In this document: piece by piece, positions 40,471 through 50,173 of the stretch
Layout of the letters: each line of letters starts with the position of its first letter
Position numbering within the stretch: the first letter of the stretch is position 1
Origin: Candidatus Parcubacteria bacterium
GTDB lineage: Bacteria > Patescibacteriota > Minisyncoccia > UBA6257 > HR35
Direction of reading: 5' to 3'
Length of the DNA: 64,000 bases
NCBI GenBank assembly: GCA_026004495.1
Contig: BPJG01000001.1
Location: forward strand, 277,133 to 341,132
The notes under the pieces: model-generated
What the model was told of the DNA's origin: nothing
The model's database searches: none
What the model saw: the letters and a program-made list of their open reading frames with translations, nothing else
Made by a program: the position numbers and the translations under genes

Positions 40471-41097
40471 TATTTTAATGTTATTAATATAATTTTAGTT
40501 GGATTTTTAATTATTGTCTTTTTTACTAAATTTACTCTTTTAATTGATAATAGCTATAAAAGAAGTATATATTTAGGAGAATACTTATTATTAAAAAATA
40601 GTCTAATAACAAATATATTTCAGCAATATCCAGAAATTATCAAAATTAAAACAAAAATATACCCTCTGGAAAAGAAAATTGAGTTAAAAACAATAAAGGA
40701 AAAACCAGTAGCCAAAATTTGTTATCAAAATAATTGCTATTTTTTAGGAGAACATAATTATATTTATCAGCCATCAACTAAAAATACCAGCGATGTTTCT
40801 TTATTAACAATAAATTCTAGATTACCAATAATTAACAAAAGTATTTTAGATAAAAATATAAGTGATACTCTAGAAAAAATATTTGAATATTCTAATACTA
40901 ATAATTATTTCTTAACAAAAATAGAAATCTTATCTAATAAAGATCTAAAGATCTACACAACAGATTTCAATTTTTTAATTGATCCCTTTAAAGATATTAA
41001 CAATCAAATCAAAAAACTTACTTACTTCTTAAATAACTACAAGGGTAAGTATAAGGAAATTGATCTTAGGATCAACGATAGAATATATTTTAAATAA
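40447..41097 (+). CDS. Hypothetical membrane-anchored protein
   Basis: A 216-aa ORF with an N-terminal transmembrane helix. Confidence 0.45.
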   Translation: MKRKKYSQYFNVINIILVGFLIIVFFTKFTLLIDNSYKRSIYLGEYLLLKNSLITNIFQQYPEIIKIKTKIYPLEKKIELKTIKEKPVAKICYQNNCYFLGEHNYIYQPSTKNTSDVSLLTINSRLPIINKSILDKNISDTLEKIFEYSNTNNYFLTKIEILSNKDLKIYTTDFNFLIDPFKDINNQIKKLTYFLNNYKGKYKEIDLRINDRIYFK

Positions 41098-41111
41098 TTT
41101 TTATTAGCTAT

Positions 41112-41277
41112 TTAAGCATTCACGATGATAAACAGGCCTAAGTAAATTACCATTCTCGTCTCTAAATGGTTCAAATGGTAATTCATGTATTTCTTCTCCA
41201 CATTTAGCACAAATCCATTTTTCTCCATTTTGAGGCCTGTACATCTTTCTACCTCCTCGATTTCTATTTCTTTGCAT
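41112..41277 (-). CDS. Small zinc-ribbon protein (44-55 aa), not in the ORF track
   Basis: Translation on the minus strand gives MQRNRNRGGRKMYRPQNGEKWICAKCGEEIHELPFEPFRDENGNLLRPVYHRECL. It contains a CxxC...HxxC arrangement. A strong Shine-Dalgarno sequence AGGAGGT lies 6 nt before the internal ATG at 41244. Confidence 0.3.
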
Positions 41278-41325
41278 TTTAGAAGCTTATTAATTTAACG
41301 ACTTTTAAATTATAATCTAAAAAAT

Positions 41326-42102
41326 TTATTCTACAAGTTTTTCCTTTAAAAAATTAATTATTTGCTGATATAAATCTGGATGTTTATCAAAAATATAGGT
41401 TCCATGAAGATTATCATCGTAAACAACCTTGGTTGCCGATGGAGTTATAAGATTAAATGTATCTAATGAGGTATAAGATTGTATATCTTGTTTTGAAAAA
41501 ATAATTAAAATTTTATCTTCTAAATTTTTGTCTAAAAAATTATCAATAATTAACCCTCGATAATTTTTGCCTGGAGAAATTAAAATTGCAGCTTTAATAT
41601 CTTTATGTTGAGAAATAAATTGGAGACTAAGATTAGCTCCTATACTTGCTCCTATTAAAAATTGATATTTAAGATCAAACCCTTCCTTAGTTAAGAAATT
41701 GCTAACAGCCTTAATATCAAATATAGAATTTTGGTGTTCTTCATCGCTAAAATTTTTATAGTTTAATTTTCCTACCGAAGAATTAATGCTTTCTCCATGT
41801 CCCCTTAAATCGATAGCTACGGCGGAATAGCCATTTTTATTTAAGATTTTGGCTAATGTTTTCATGCTCTTTCTATCAGCAGGCATCATATGAATTAAAA
41901 TACCAACAAATTTACTCCCTGGAAGATAGTAGTAATCCCCAACAATTTCTACGCCATCATCTGTAAAAATAGAAATTTTTTTTATTTGATTATTATTTGA
42001 AGTTTTTGAAAATTCTAGCTTAGTTTTAATTAAATATCCAAAATAATAAATTATTATAATTAAAATTACTATAAAGAAAATAAAAAAAATATTAAATTTC
42101 AT
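41326..42102 (-). CDS. Alpha/beta hydrolase (dienelactone hydrolase / S9-like), membrane-anchored
   Basis: The nucleophile-elbow motif GASIGAN (GxSxG). DLRGHGES is present. An N-terminal transmembrane helix. Confidence 0.7.
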   Translation of the reverse strand: MKFNIFFIFFIVILIIIIYYFGYLIKTKLEFSKTSNNNQIKKISIFTDDGVEIVGDYYYLPGSKFVGILIHMMPADRKSMKTLAKILNKNGYSAVAIDLRGHGESINSSVGKLNYKNFSDEEHQNSIFDIKAVSNFLTKEGFDLKYQFLIGASIGANLSLQFISQHKDIKAAILISPGKNYRGLIIDNFLDKNLEDKILIIFSKQDIQSYTSLDTFNLITPSATKVVYDDNLHGTYIFDKHPDLYQQIINFLKEKLVE

Positions 42103-42125
42103 TACTTAAATTATAAATCTTTTTG

Positions 42126-42200
42126 CGGGGATGACGGGATTTGAACCCGCGACCTCCTGCGTGACAGGCAGGCGCTCACTCCTGGCTGAGCTACATCCCC
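42126..42200 (-). tRNA. tRNA-Asp (anticodon GUC)
   Basis: Hand fold: acceptor GGGGATG/CATCCCC; anticodon stem CCTGC/GCAGG with loop CTGTCAC; T arm with TTCAAAT. Confidence 0.8.
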
Positions 42201-42383
42201 TTAAATTTTTTATTATAATCTTGATTTTCCTAACAAAAAAATTTATAATATTAATATAATAAAAATTTTGGATATTATTTAAATTATAGCATAAATAATT
42301 TTATCTAAAAAACTTTTAAATTAAAGTTTTTGATTAAAAAAATTTTAAGTACTTTTATTTTTTATTTTTTTTAGTTTTTTTAT

Positions 42384-42454
42384 TGCGGGGTGGTGGAGAA
42401 GTACCACGCGGGTCTCATAAGCCCGAGACGCAGGTGCAATTCCTGCCCCCGCAA
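42384..42454 (+). tRNA. tRNA-Met (anticodon CAU); initiator or elongator not resolved
   Basis: Hand fold: acceptor TGCGGGG/CCCCGCA; D arm GTGG-AGAAGTA-CCAC; anticodon stem CGGGT/GCCCG with loop CTCATAA (three consecutive G-C pairs); T arm GCAGG-TGCAATT-CCTGC. The gene is short, so the boundaries are +/-1 nt. Confidence 0.65.
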
Positions 42455-42473
42455 ATATTTTTATATATTTTTT

Positions 42474-42482
42474 TTATCCACA
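42474..42482 (+). promoter_or_regulatory. Perfect DnaA box TTATCCACA
   Basis: An exact 9-mer match, lying between tRNA-Met and the 3D-domain gene. Confidence 0.3.
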
Positions 42483-42577
42483 ATAATATATTTTAACGAA
42501 ATAAATTTTGATATAATTTTATTTAATGGAAACCTATATTAATAGGTTTTTTTATTTTTACATAACAACTAAATCAA

Positions 42578-43036
42578 ATGCAGCGTCTTAAAAAGATATT
42601 TGTAATTTTGATATTTTTAATATATTTTTATTATACCAATTATGTAATCTCACCAACTGTTGCTATTGTTAACCCCTTAACTATAGAAGAAAATATTTTC
42701 TTAGATAACAATAAATATAATTTTAAAAATAAAACAAATCAAAAATACATAGTAGTGCTTACGGGGTATTCATCCAGTCCAGATGAAACTGATGATGATC
42801 CCTGGATTACTGCTTCAGGTGAGTGGGTATCTGATGGAACAGTAGCTTCTAATTTTCTATCATTAGGAACTAAAATTAAAATTCCAGAAATTTTTGGAGA
42901 TAAGATTTTTGTTGTAAAAGATAGGATGAATAAAAGATATGATAATAAAAATCATATTGATGTTTGGTTTCCTACTAAAGAAGAAGCTCTTGTTTTAGGA
43001 AAAAAAATAACTCAAATAATTGTAATTTCAGATTAA
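42578..43036 (+). CDS. 3D-domain protein (MltA/RlpA-like lytic transglycosylase fold)
   Basis: Signal anchor. The C-terminal motif DETDDDPWITASGEW...KDRMNKRYDNKNHIDVWF carries the three-Asp signature. Confidence 0.6.
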   Translation: MQRLKKIFVILIFLIYFYYTNYVISPTVAIVNPLTIEENIFLDNNKYNFKNKTNQKYIVVLTGYSSSPDETDDDPWITASGEWVSDGTVASNFLSLGTKIKIPEIFGDKIFVVKDRMNKRYDNKNHIDVWFPTKEEALVLGKKITQIIVISD

Positions 43037-44692
43037 ACTTCCAGTTACTCTTTCAACCTCTTCTAGGGTAGTAATTTTTTTTATAGCCCTTAAAATACCT
43101 GATTGCTTAAGATTAATAAAACCTGATAATTTTAAGGCCTCTAAAAGATTTTGTTCGTTAATTTCACCTTGATAGATAATTTTTTTAATATTTTCATTTA
43201 TTTCTAATAATTCTAAGATTGCTATCCTCCCTTTATAACCAGTATAGAAACAATTTTCACAACCTTGTGGCTTTAAAAGGCTAATTTTTTCAAAATTTAT
43301 ACTATTATAAATATCTTGAGGTATATAAGCTAAATTATTCTTAATAATAGTTAATAATCTTTCATCGGGATAATATTCTTGAGAACAATTATTACAAACT
43401 CTTCTTAATAAACGCTGGGCAATTACTAATTTTAAGGCTGATGGAATTAATGATCTATCTACTCCTAATTCAATTAGTCGTGGTATTGCCCCTAAAGAAT
43501 CATTCGTATGAAGAGTTGAGATAACTAAATGGCCAGTTAATGAAGCATTTATTGCGATTTTGGAAGTTTCTTCATCTCTAATTTCTCCAACTAAAATGAC
43601 ATCTGGATCTTGTCTTAAAATAGACCTTAATCCACTAGCGAAGGTATAATTTTCAGAAATATTTACTTGAGTTTGAGTAATGCCTTCAATTTGATATTCA
43701 ATAGGATCTTCGATAGTAATAATTTTGATTTCTGTTCTTTTAATTTTATTTAAAATAGCATAAAGAGTCGTCGTTTTACCGCTACCCGTTGGACCTGTAT
43801 TTAATATTAAACCATTTGGTTGATAGATATAATAATTAATTTTTTTTAATTCATAATCTTCAAACCCTAATTCTTCTAATGAAAGCATTATTTTTTCTGG
43901 ATTTAATAACCTCATAACTATTGTTTCATCGTAAGCGCTAGGAATTGTACTTACTCTAATATCAATTTTTTTATTACCCAAAGAAATAGAAAATCTGCCA
44001 TCTTGAGGCTTTTGAGTTATATTTAAAAACAATCCTGAAAATAATTTAATTCTATTTTTAATAATTAAATAAGAAGATTTATTTATTTGTGCCACTTCGT
44101 ATAAAATACCATCTATTCTTAGTTTGAAAATAACTTTATTTTCTAAGGGTTCCAAATGAATATCCGAGGAATCAAATTTAAAAGCTGCTGCCATTAGATA
44201 ATCTAAAATAAGTAATGGTTGTGAGCTTTGAATTTCATCAATTAATTTACCTAAATCTTCTTTTTGTTTCAGTTTCTCAATAATACTTTCAATTTTCTCC
44301 TCATTAATTTCTAAAATTTGAGTATACTTAGGTTTATCTTTTTTAATAAATTCATAATCAATAAAACCCCTTTCAAAACTTGATTTAGAAATAACACCTA
44401 AATCAATTGAATAGCCTTTTTGTTTAAGCTCCTCAATAAATTTTATAACCCTATCATCAGTAGGATCAACAACTCCCAAAATTAAATTATTGCCCTTTTT
44501 TTCTATAGGCAAAATGAGTAAATTATTGGCAGTTTCTTTATCTATTATTTTTAGAGCTTCGGGATTGAGATGTTTTATTTTAAGATTAAAATATTTCAAT
44601 TTTAAAACATCAGCTAATTTTTGGGCTAATTCTTCCTCTTCCTTTTCTCTTATTTTAATAATCAATTCATTTAAATCATTATCGTTTTGCAT
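43028..44692 (-). CDS. pilB: PilB/GspE family secretion/pilus assembly ATPase
   Basis: Walker A LNTGPTGSGKTTT. Asp box and His box present. A tetracysteine motif CNNC...CENC. Total 554 aa. Confidence 0.85.
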   Translation of the reverse strand: MQNDNDLNELIIKIREKEEEELAQKLADVLKLKYFNLKIKHLNPEALKIIDKETANNLLILPIEKKGNNLILGVVDPTDDRVIKFIEELKQKGYSIDLGVISKSSFERGFIDYEFIKKDKPKYTQILEINEEKIESIIEKLKQKEDLGKLIDEIQSSQPLLILDYLMAAAFKFDSSDIHLEPLENKVIFKLRIDGILYEVAQINKSSYLIIKNRIKLFSGLFLNITQKPQDGRFSISLGNKKIDIRVSTIPSAYDETIVMRLLNPEKIMLSLEELGFEDYELKKINYYIYQPNGLILNTGPTGSGKTTTLYAILNKIKRTEIKIITIEDPIEYQIEGITQTQVNISENYTFASGLRSILRQDPDVILVGEIRDEETSKIAINASLTGHLVISTLHTNDSLGAIPRLIELGVDRSLIPSALKLVIAQRLLRRVCNNCSQEYYPDERLLTIIKNNLAYIPQDIYNSINFEKISLLKPQGCENCFYTGYKGRIAILELLEINENIKKIIYQGEINEQNLLEALKLSGFINLKQSGILRAIKKITTLEEVERVTGSLI

Positions 44693-44734
44693 TTAAAATT
44701 ATTATAAAATACTTATAAAAAGCAAAAAGTTAAA

Positions 44735-46798
44735 ATGTTATTAATAAAAAGATTAATATTTAATATTCTTTTAATAATAGGATTTTTTAGCTTTATATTT
44801 TTTTCACTATTGTTTATTATTTCTGCTTATTTAATATATCAATTGCCACCATTAGAGGTAATTAATAATCCTACCAATTTAGGTGGTACTAGAATATATG
44901 ATAGATCGGGAAACATAATTTTATATGAAATTGGACTTAGAAGATATCCAGTAAAATATGAAGAAATACCTCAAAAAATAATCTTAGCTACCTTAGCAGC
45001 CGAAGATGATTCTTTTTTTACCCACAAAGGAATTAGTCTAAAAGGAATTATAAGATCTATAATTTTAAATTTAAAAGAAAGAAAATTAAATTATGGTGGT
45101 TCAACTATTACACAACAATTAGCTAAAAATTTATTTTTAACCAATGAAAAAAGTTTAATTAGAAAATTAAAAGAGATATTTTTAGCCCTTGAATTAGAAA
45201 GAAAATTTAGTAAAGAAAAAATATTAGAGCTTTATCTAAATTCTATTAATTATGGTGGTGGAAACATAGGAATTAAAGCAGCGGCTGATTTTTATTTTAA
45301 TAAAAATTTAACTGAATTAAATTGGTCAGAGGTAGCTATTTTAAGTAGTATTCCTAAATCTCCGCGAAATTATACTCCTATTTATGAAGAAAATATAAAA
45401 AGGTTAAAAGAGAGACGTAATCTTATTTTAAAAAGATTACTTAATTTAGGTTGGATATCAAAAGATGAATATTTTTTAGCTATCAACAAAGAAATATCAA
45501 TCTCTCAAAAAAAATATTCAAAAATTTCAGCACCTCATTTTGTTTTAAAGGTTAGAAAAATATTAGAAAACATGTATCCTAATTTAGATTTAGAAACAGC
45601 AGGCTTAAAAGTTATTACTACTTTAAATTATCAGTATCAAAAAATCGCTGAAGAGATTATAAAAGAAAAAGCTAAAGAGAATGAAATAAAATATAAAGCT
45701 AAAAATGCTAGTTTATTAATGATGGATACAAAAACAGGAGAAATATTAGTCATGGTAGGCTCTAGAGATTTTTTTGATAATTCTATTCAGGGCCAAGTAA
45801 ATATGACTACTTGGCCAAGACAGCCTGGATCAGTATTTAAACCTATTTCTTATATAACTCTTTTTCAATTAGGTTATCCAATAGAAACTATTATCTTTGA
45901 TACTCCTACTAATTTTGGTACATTTAATAATCCTTATAAACCTAATAATTTTGATAAAAAATTCAAGGGGCCTATAAATCTTAAACAAGCTTTAGCTGAA
46001 TCAAGAAATATTCCTGCTGTTAAAGTTTTTTACTTGACTAATCCAGAAAGAATTATAGAAAATGCCAAAAAATTTGGTATTACCTCAATTAAAGATTATA
46101 AAAATTATGGACTATCGTTAGCCCTAGGAACGGCTGAGATTAGTATGATTGAAATGGTTAAAGCTTATAGCGTTTTCGCTAATGACGGAGAGCTTATTAG
46201 TCAATCTTTAATTTTAAAGATTTTAAATGATAAAAATGAAGTAATTTATGAGTATAAACCCAAGAAAGAAAGAGTAATAGATTATCAATCAGTTAGAATG
46301 TTAAATTTAATATTAAAAGATTTTGAAGCAAGGAGGGGGTTATTTCAAAACAGCATAAAATTTACTAAGATAGATGATTATGATATAGCTATTAAAACGG
46401 GAACTTCACAATTTTATCGTGATGCCTGGACATTTGGTTATAGTCCAAACTTTGTAATAGCTGTTTGGGCAGGTAATACAGATGGTAAACGAATTCCCGA
46501 AGGTTTAAGTATAGTTTTAACACTTCCTATTTGGCATGAATTTACCAGTAAAATTATTAAAGATTATCCTAAAACTAGATTTTTAAATCCTATTCCTTAT
46601 AAAGTAAATAAGCCTATGTTAAATGGTGAATGGTTTAGTGATTATGGTATTCATGATATATTATTCTATGTTGATAAAAATAACCCCTTAGGTCCTATAC
46701 CTAAAAATCCTTATTTAGATCCACAATTTTTAAATTGGGAAGAGGGTGTTAATTGGTGGCTTCAAAGATCAGAATATTTTCCGGAAAATGAATTTTAA
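44735..46798 (+). CDS. Class A penicillin-binding protein (transglycosylase + transpeptidase)
   Basis: GT51 motifs EDDSFFTHKG and GGSTITQQLAKN. Transpeptidase motifs SVFKP (SxxK), SRN and KTGTS. An N-terminal transmembrane helix. Confidence 0.85.
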   Translation: MLLIKRLIFNILLIIGFFSFIFFSLLFIISAYLIYQLPPLEVINNPTNLGGTRIYDRSGNIILYEIGLRRYPVKYEEIPQKIILATLAAEDDSFFTHKGISLKGIIRSIILNLKERKLNYGGSTITQQLAKNLFLTNEKSLIRKLKEIFLALELERKFSKEKILELYLNSINYGGGNIGIKAAADFYFNKNLTELNWSEVAILSSIPKSPRNYTPIYEENIKRLKERRNLILKRLLNLGWISKDEYFLAINKEISISQKKYSKISAPHFVLKVRKILENMYPNLDLETAGLKVITTLNYQYQKIAEEIIKEKAKENEIKYKAKNASLLMMDTKTGEILVMVGSRDFFDNSIQGQVNMTTWPRQPGSVFKPISYITLFQLGYPIETIIFDTPTNFGTFNNPYKPNNFDKKFKGPINLKQALAESRNIPAVKVFYLTNPERIIENAKKFGITSIKDYKNYGLSLALGTAEISMIEMVKAYSVFANDGELISQSLILKILNDKNEVIYEYKPKKERVIDYQSVRMLNLILKDFEARRGLFQNSIKFTKIDDYDIAIKTGTSQFYRDAWTFGYSPNFVIAVWAGNTDGKRIPEGLSIVLTLPIWHEFTSKIIKDYPKTRFLNPIPYKVNKPMLNGEWFSDYGIHDILFYVDKNNPLGPIPKNPYLDPQFLNWEEGVNWWLQRSEYFPENEF

Positions 46799-46964
46799 TA
46801 ATAGTTTCAATATGATTTTTTGTATAAAAATTAATTTTTTCTTTTGATTTTATAATAATTTTATTATTAAAAATATTTATTTTTAGGTTTAAATCTGGAT
46901 AATTATCTTTTATTTCTTTGGCTATTATAAGAATCTTATCTTTAGATAGATTTATTTTATCCAT
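46749..46964 (-). CDS. Hypothetical small protein
   Basis: A 71-aa ORF downstream of dnaN. It overlaps the convergent PBP gene by 50 nt. No motif recognised. Confidence 0.3.
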   Translation of the reverse strand: MDKINLSKDKILIIAKEIKDNYPDLNLKINIFNNKIIIKSKEKINFYTKNHIETIIKIHFPENILIFEATN

Positions 46965-46969
46965 AATAA

Positions 46970-48097
46970 CTAAAAAGGCATTAAAATATAAATAAAATCA
47001 TCTTCTAAGGGAGATTTTATTAAGATTGGTTTGATATTAATATCTGATGGTAAGTTTATTCCTAGAAAAATCTTCTCACTATCTATAGATTTAATACCAT
47101 CCAAGAGAAAATCTAAATTAAAAGACATTTCAAAATTATCGTCAATATTGATATAATTTATATCAAAAAATACTTTATTAATATTTTCTCCAATTAATTC
47201 ATTTTTGGTATAAAAATCAATACTTTTTTCTTGAATATTAAATTTAATTTTTAATTCTTTAGTTTTATCCATAAAAACATTATTTAATTTAATAACCTTT
47301 AATATTTCATCTTTATTAACAATAATTTCTAAATTAAAATCCTGGGGAATAATTTGTTGATAATCAGGGTAATCAATGGTTAATAACTTAGAAATTAAAA
47401 CTTGATCTTCTAAATCTAATGTTATTTGATTTTCTTCTATGTAAATTTTTGTTTTAATTGGTTTTTTTCTTATTTTTAAAAATTCATCAATGATTTTAAA
47501 AGGAATTAAAATTTTTATTTCTTTTTTTATATTTGTTAAAATAATATCTTTTTTTAATTTAAATTCACTTAATCTTATTGAATCGGTACTTACTAATTTT
47601 AAATAATTATTATCTAACCAAAAATAAACACCAGCAAATTCAGGTTTAATTAAATTAGCTGTTTTAATAGGATTTATTATTTTTTCTAAAATTTTTTCAA
47701 ATAAAATACTATCAATTTCTATATATTCATTATTTGAAAATTCAGGTAATAAAGGAAATTCTTCTTCACTAATACTTACTAAACTACAAAAAATATTATT
47801 TCCTCTAATAATTAAATTATTTTCTTTTGTTTCTAAATTAACCTCGTCTTCATAAAAATTATTAATAATTTCTAAAAATTGTTTAGCTGGGATTAAAAAT
47901 TCACCATCTTCCTTGATATTTCCTATTATAGTAGCTTGATAAGATATTTCTAAATCTGTAGATACTAAAAATATTTTTTTATTTTTGGTATAAATCTTAA
48001 AAAAATTTAAAATATTAAGATCAGATTTTTTAGGAGTAATTCTATTAATTATTAATAACTTATCTAATAATGATTGTTTTAAAACACTTAACTTCAT
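46970..48097 (-). CDS. dnaN: DNA polymerase III beta sliding clamp
   Basis: A 375-aa protein. The N-terminus MKLSVLKQSLLDKL...LVSTDLEISYQATI follows the DnaN pattern. Located downstream of dnaA. Confidence 0.85.
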   Translation of the reverse strand: MKLSVLKQSLLDKLLIINRITPKKSDLNILNFFKIYTKNKKIFLVSTDLEISYQATIIGNIKEDGEFLIPAKQFLEIINNFYEDEVNLETKENNLIIRGNNIFCSLVSISEEEFPLLPEFSNNEYIEIDSILFEKILEKIINPIKTANLIKPEFAGVYFWLDNNYLKLVSTDSIRLSEFKLKKDIILTNIKKEIKILIPFKIIDEFLKIRKKPIKTKIYIEENQITLDLEDQVLISKLLTIDYPDYQQIIPQDFNLEIIVNKDEILKVIKLNNVFMDKTKELKIKFNIQEKSIDFYTKNELIGENINKVFFDINYINIDDNFEMSFNLDFLLDGIKSIDSEKIFLGINLPSDINIKPILIKSPLEDDFIYILMPF

Positions 48098-48235
48098 TAT
48101 TTTTAATTATAAAATAAAGTAATTAATATTAATAATAATTTTTGTTAATATGTGGATAATTTATAAAAAATATAAAAAAACAAATTTATTTAAAAATTTT
48201 TATATGTTAATAAATTCTTAATAATATTTTAATAT
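48098..48235. promoter_or_regulatory. Putative oriC core (dnaA-dnaN intergenic region) with a perfect DnaA box at 48151-48159
   Basis: A 138-bp, extremely AT-rich spacer. It contains TGTGGATAA (the DnaA box on the minus strand) plus the AT-rich repeats ATGTTAATA and TGTTAATAT. Confidence 0.45.
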
Positions 48236-49591
48236 TTAATTTAAAATTTTTTCTTTTAAAATTTCTATTTCTTGATAGAGATCTAAATTATTTTTAATTT
48301 CTTTTTCTATTTTTTCATATGAATAAAGGATAGTTGTATGATCTCTTTTATTTAATAAATCGCCAATAAAAGAATAAGAGAATTTACCAACCTCTCTTAA
48401 TAAATAAATTAAAATTTGTCTTGGCTTTATAACTTCTTTTTTCCTTATTTTTTTTATTAAATCATCTTCTTTAATGTTATAGAATTCTGATATTATTTTT
48501 AGAATCTTTTTATAAGAAACTCTTCTAAGGTTTTGTTTAAGATATTCATTTATTAAATTTAAAACCTTACTTTCATCATAATTATTTAACCTACTAAGCT
48601 TAAAAGCGATATAATTTAGACAACCTTCTAATTCTCTAATATTTTTAGTTATTTTTTGGGCTAATAATTCTAAGATTTGATCAGAAAGAAAATAACTCTT
48701 TTCCTGATTTTTTATTTTTAAGATAGCTAACCTAGTTTCATAATCAGGTGGAGTAATATCAATAATTAATCCTCCCTCAAATCTTGATTGAAGTCTTTCT
48801 TCAATATCTGGTATTAATCTAGGCGGTCTATCTGAAGAAAAAATTATTTGTTTTTTTAAGTTATAAAGTTCATTGAAAGTATGAAATAATTCTTCTTGTG
48901 ATTTATTTTTTCCTGATAAAAAATGAACATCATCTAAAATTAAAACATCAATTTCTCTAAACTTTTGTCTAAATTCATCAATATTTTGATTTTTAAGAGA
49001 ATTAATTAAATCATTAGTAAATTGTTCAGTAGTAGCATATCTAACTTTTTTACTTAAGCCATATTTTTTAATAACTTCATTTCCTATTGCTTGTAAAAGA
49101 TGGGTTTTTCCTAATCCTACTCCACCATAAATAAATAAAGGATTTATTTTTTCTCCCAAATTATTAACAACTCCTTGAGCTGCAGCAAAAGCTAATTCAT
49201 TATTGCTTCCAATAACAAAATTTTCAAATCTATATCTTGGGTTTAAATTAGTTGAAGGATTTGTTTCAAAAATAGTTAAGTGTTGTTGATAAGAAATTTT
49301 TTTAAATATACTTTTTTTGTAATAAAATTGTGATTTATTTACTTCTATAATATAATCTATTTTCTTTAAATCAGGTAAAAATTCTTTAGCTGTTTTAATT
49401 AATAAAATATTAAATTTGTTTTCAAGCCAATTTTTTACTAATTTATTAGGTACTGCTATTTTTAAAACTCCATTAAAAAATTGAAATGGTTCAACATTAG
49501 TAAACCAAGTTTTTAAAATAGCCTTAGGTATTTGTTTTTCTAAATTTTCTAATATTCTTAACCAATTTTCCTTTAAAAGATTATTTTCCAT
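48236..49591 (-). CDS. dnaA: Chromosomal replication initiator protein DnaA
   Basis: Walker A GGVGLGKTHLL. Walker B/sensor ILDDVHFLSGK. The C-terminal DNA-binding domain contains KPRQILIYLLRE. Confidence 0.9.
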   Translation of the reverse strand: MENNLLKENWLRILENLEKQIPKAILKTWFTNVEPFQFFNGVLKIAVPNKLVKNWLENKFNILLIKTAKEFLPDLKKIDYIIEVNKSQFYYKKSIFKKISYQQHLTIFETNPSTNLNPRYRFENFVIGSNNELAFAAAQGVVNNLGEKINPLFIYGGVGLGKTHLLQAIGNEVIKKYGLSKKVRYATTEQFTNDLINSLKNQNIDEFRQKFREIDVLILDDVHFLSGKNKSQEELFHTFNELYNLKKQIIFSSDRPPRLIPDIEERLQSRFEGGLIIDITPPDYETRLAILKIKNQEKSYFLSDQILELLAQKITKNIRELEGCLNYIAFKLSRLNNYDESKVLNLINEYLKQNLRRVSYKKILKIISEFYNIKEDDLIKKIRKKEVIKPRQILIYLLREVGKFSYSFIGDLLNKRDHTTILYSYEKIEKEIKNNLDLYQEIEILKEKILN

Positions 49592-49730
49592 AGAAAAATA
49601 AATTTTTTATATTATAATTATATTAAAGCTTAAGACAAAATTAAAATAAGGTAAATTATAATAATTATAAGTACTTTCGTCAATCTTTATTAAGTTAACT
49701 TAAATAATAATTATATATCTTAAATTTTAA

Positions 49731-49865
49731 ATGATAAAAATTAAAAAAATTAGCCTTAAAAAAAGAAAAAGGAAAATAGGGTTTTTATCAAGAAATAAGA
49801 CCAAGGGTGGGCAAAAAATAATTTCTCAAAGAAGAAGGAAAGGAAGAAAAAGATTAGCTGGTTAA
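49731..49865 (+). CDS. rpmH: 50S ribosomal protein L34 (44 aa), absent from the ORF track
   Basis: Hand translation gives MIKIKKISLKKRKRKIGFLSRNKTKGGQKIISQRRRKGRKRLAG, matching the L34 consensus (KRKR..GF..R..T.GGR.VL..RR.KGRKRL). The TAATG at the 3' end overlaps the rnpA start. Confidence 0.8.
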   Translation: MIKIKKISLKKRKRKIGFLSRNKTKGGQKIISQRRRKGRKRLAG

Positions 49866-50173
49866 TGTTAGCTAAAAAATTTAGATTTAAAAATTTTAAT
49901 TTTAAAAATTTTTTTAAATCAGATAAAATAAAAGCCGACAATTTTTTAGTTTATAGATTAAATTATAATAGTCAAAAAAAATTTGCTGTTTGGCCTTCTA
50001 AAAAAATATTTAAAAAAGCAGTTGAAAGAAATAAAATAAAAAGACAAATTTATGAAATTATTAAAAATAAAATAAATAAAATAGAAGATGGTTATTATTT
50101 AATAATTCCCTTAAAAAAAATAAAATTTGATATTTTAAAAAGAGAATTATTAAAAATTTTTATTAAACAATAA
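49865..50173 (+). CDS. rnpA: RNase P protein component
   Basis: A 102-aa protein. KKAVERNKIKRQIYEI matches the RnpA RNR-motif region. It follows rpmH. Confidence 0.75.
   Translation: MLAKKFRFKNFNFKNFFKSDKIKADNFLVYRLNYNSQKKFAVWPSKKIFKKAVERNKIKRQIYEIIKNKINKIEDGYYLIIPLKKIKFDILKRELLKIFIKQ

Noticed and set aside
49756-49941. Minus-strand 61-aa ORF
   Set aside because: It overlaps rpmH and the start of rnpA on the plus strand. The plus-strand genes have clear homology, and the minus-strand ORF is low-complexity.
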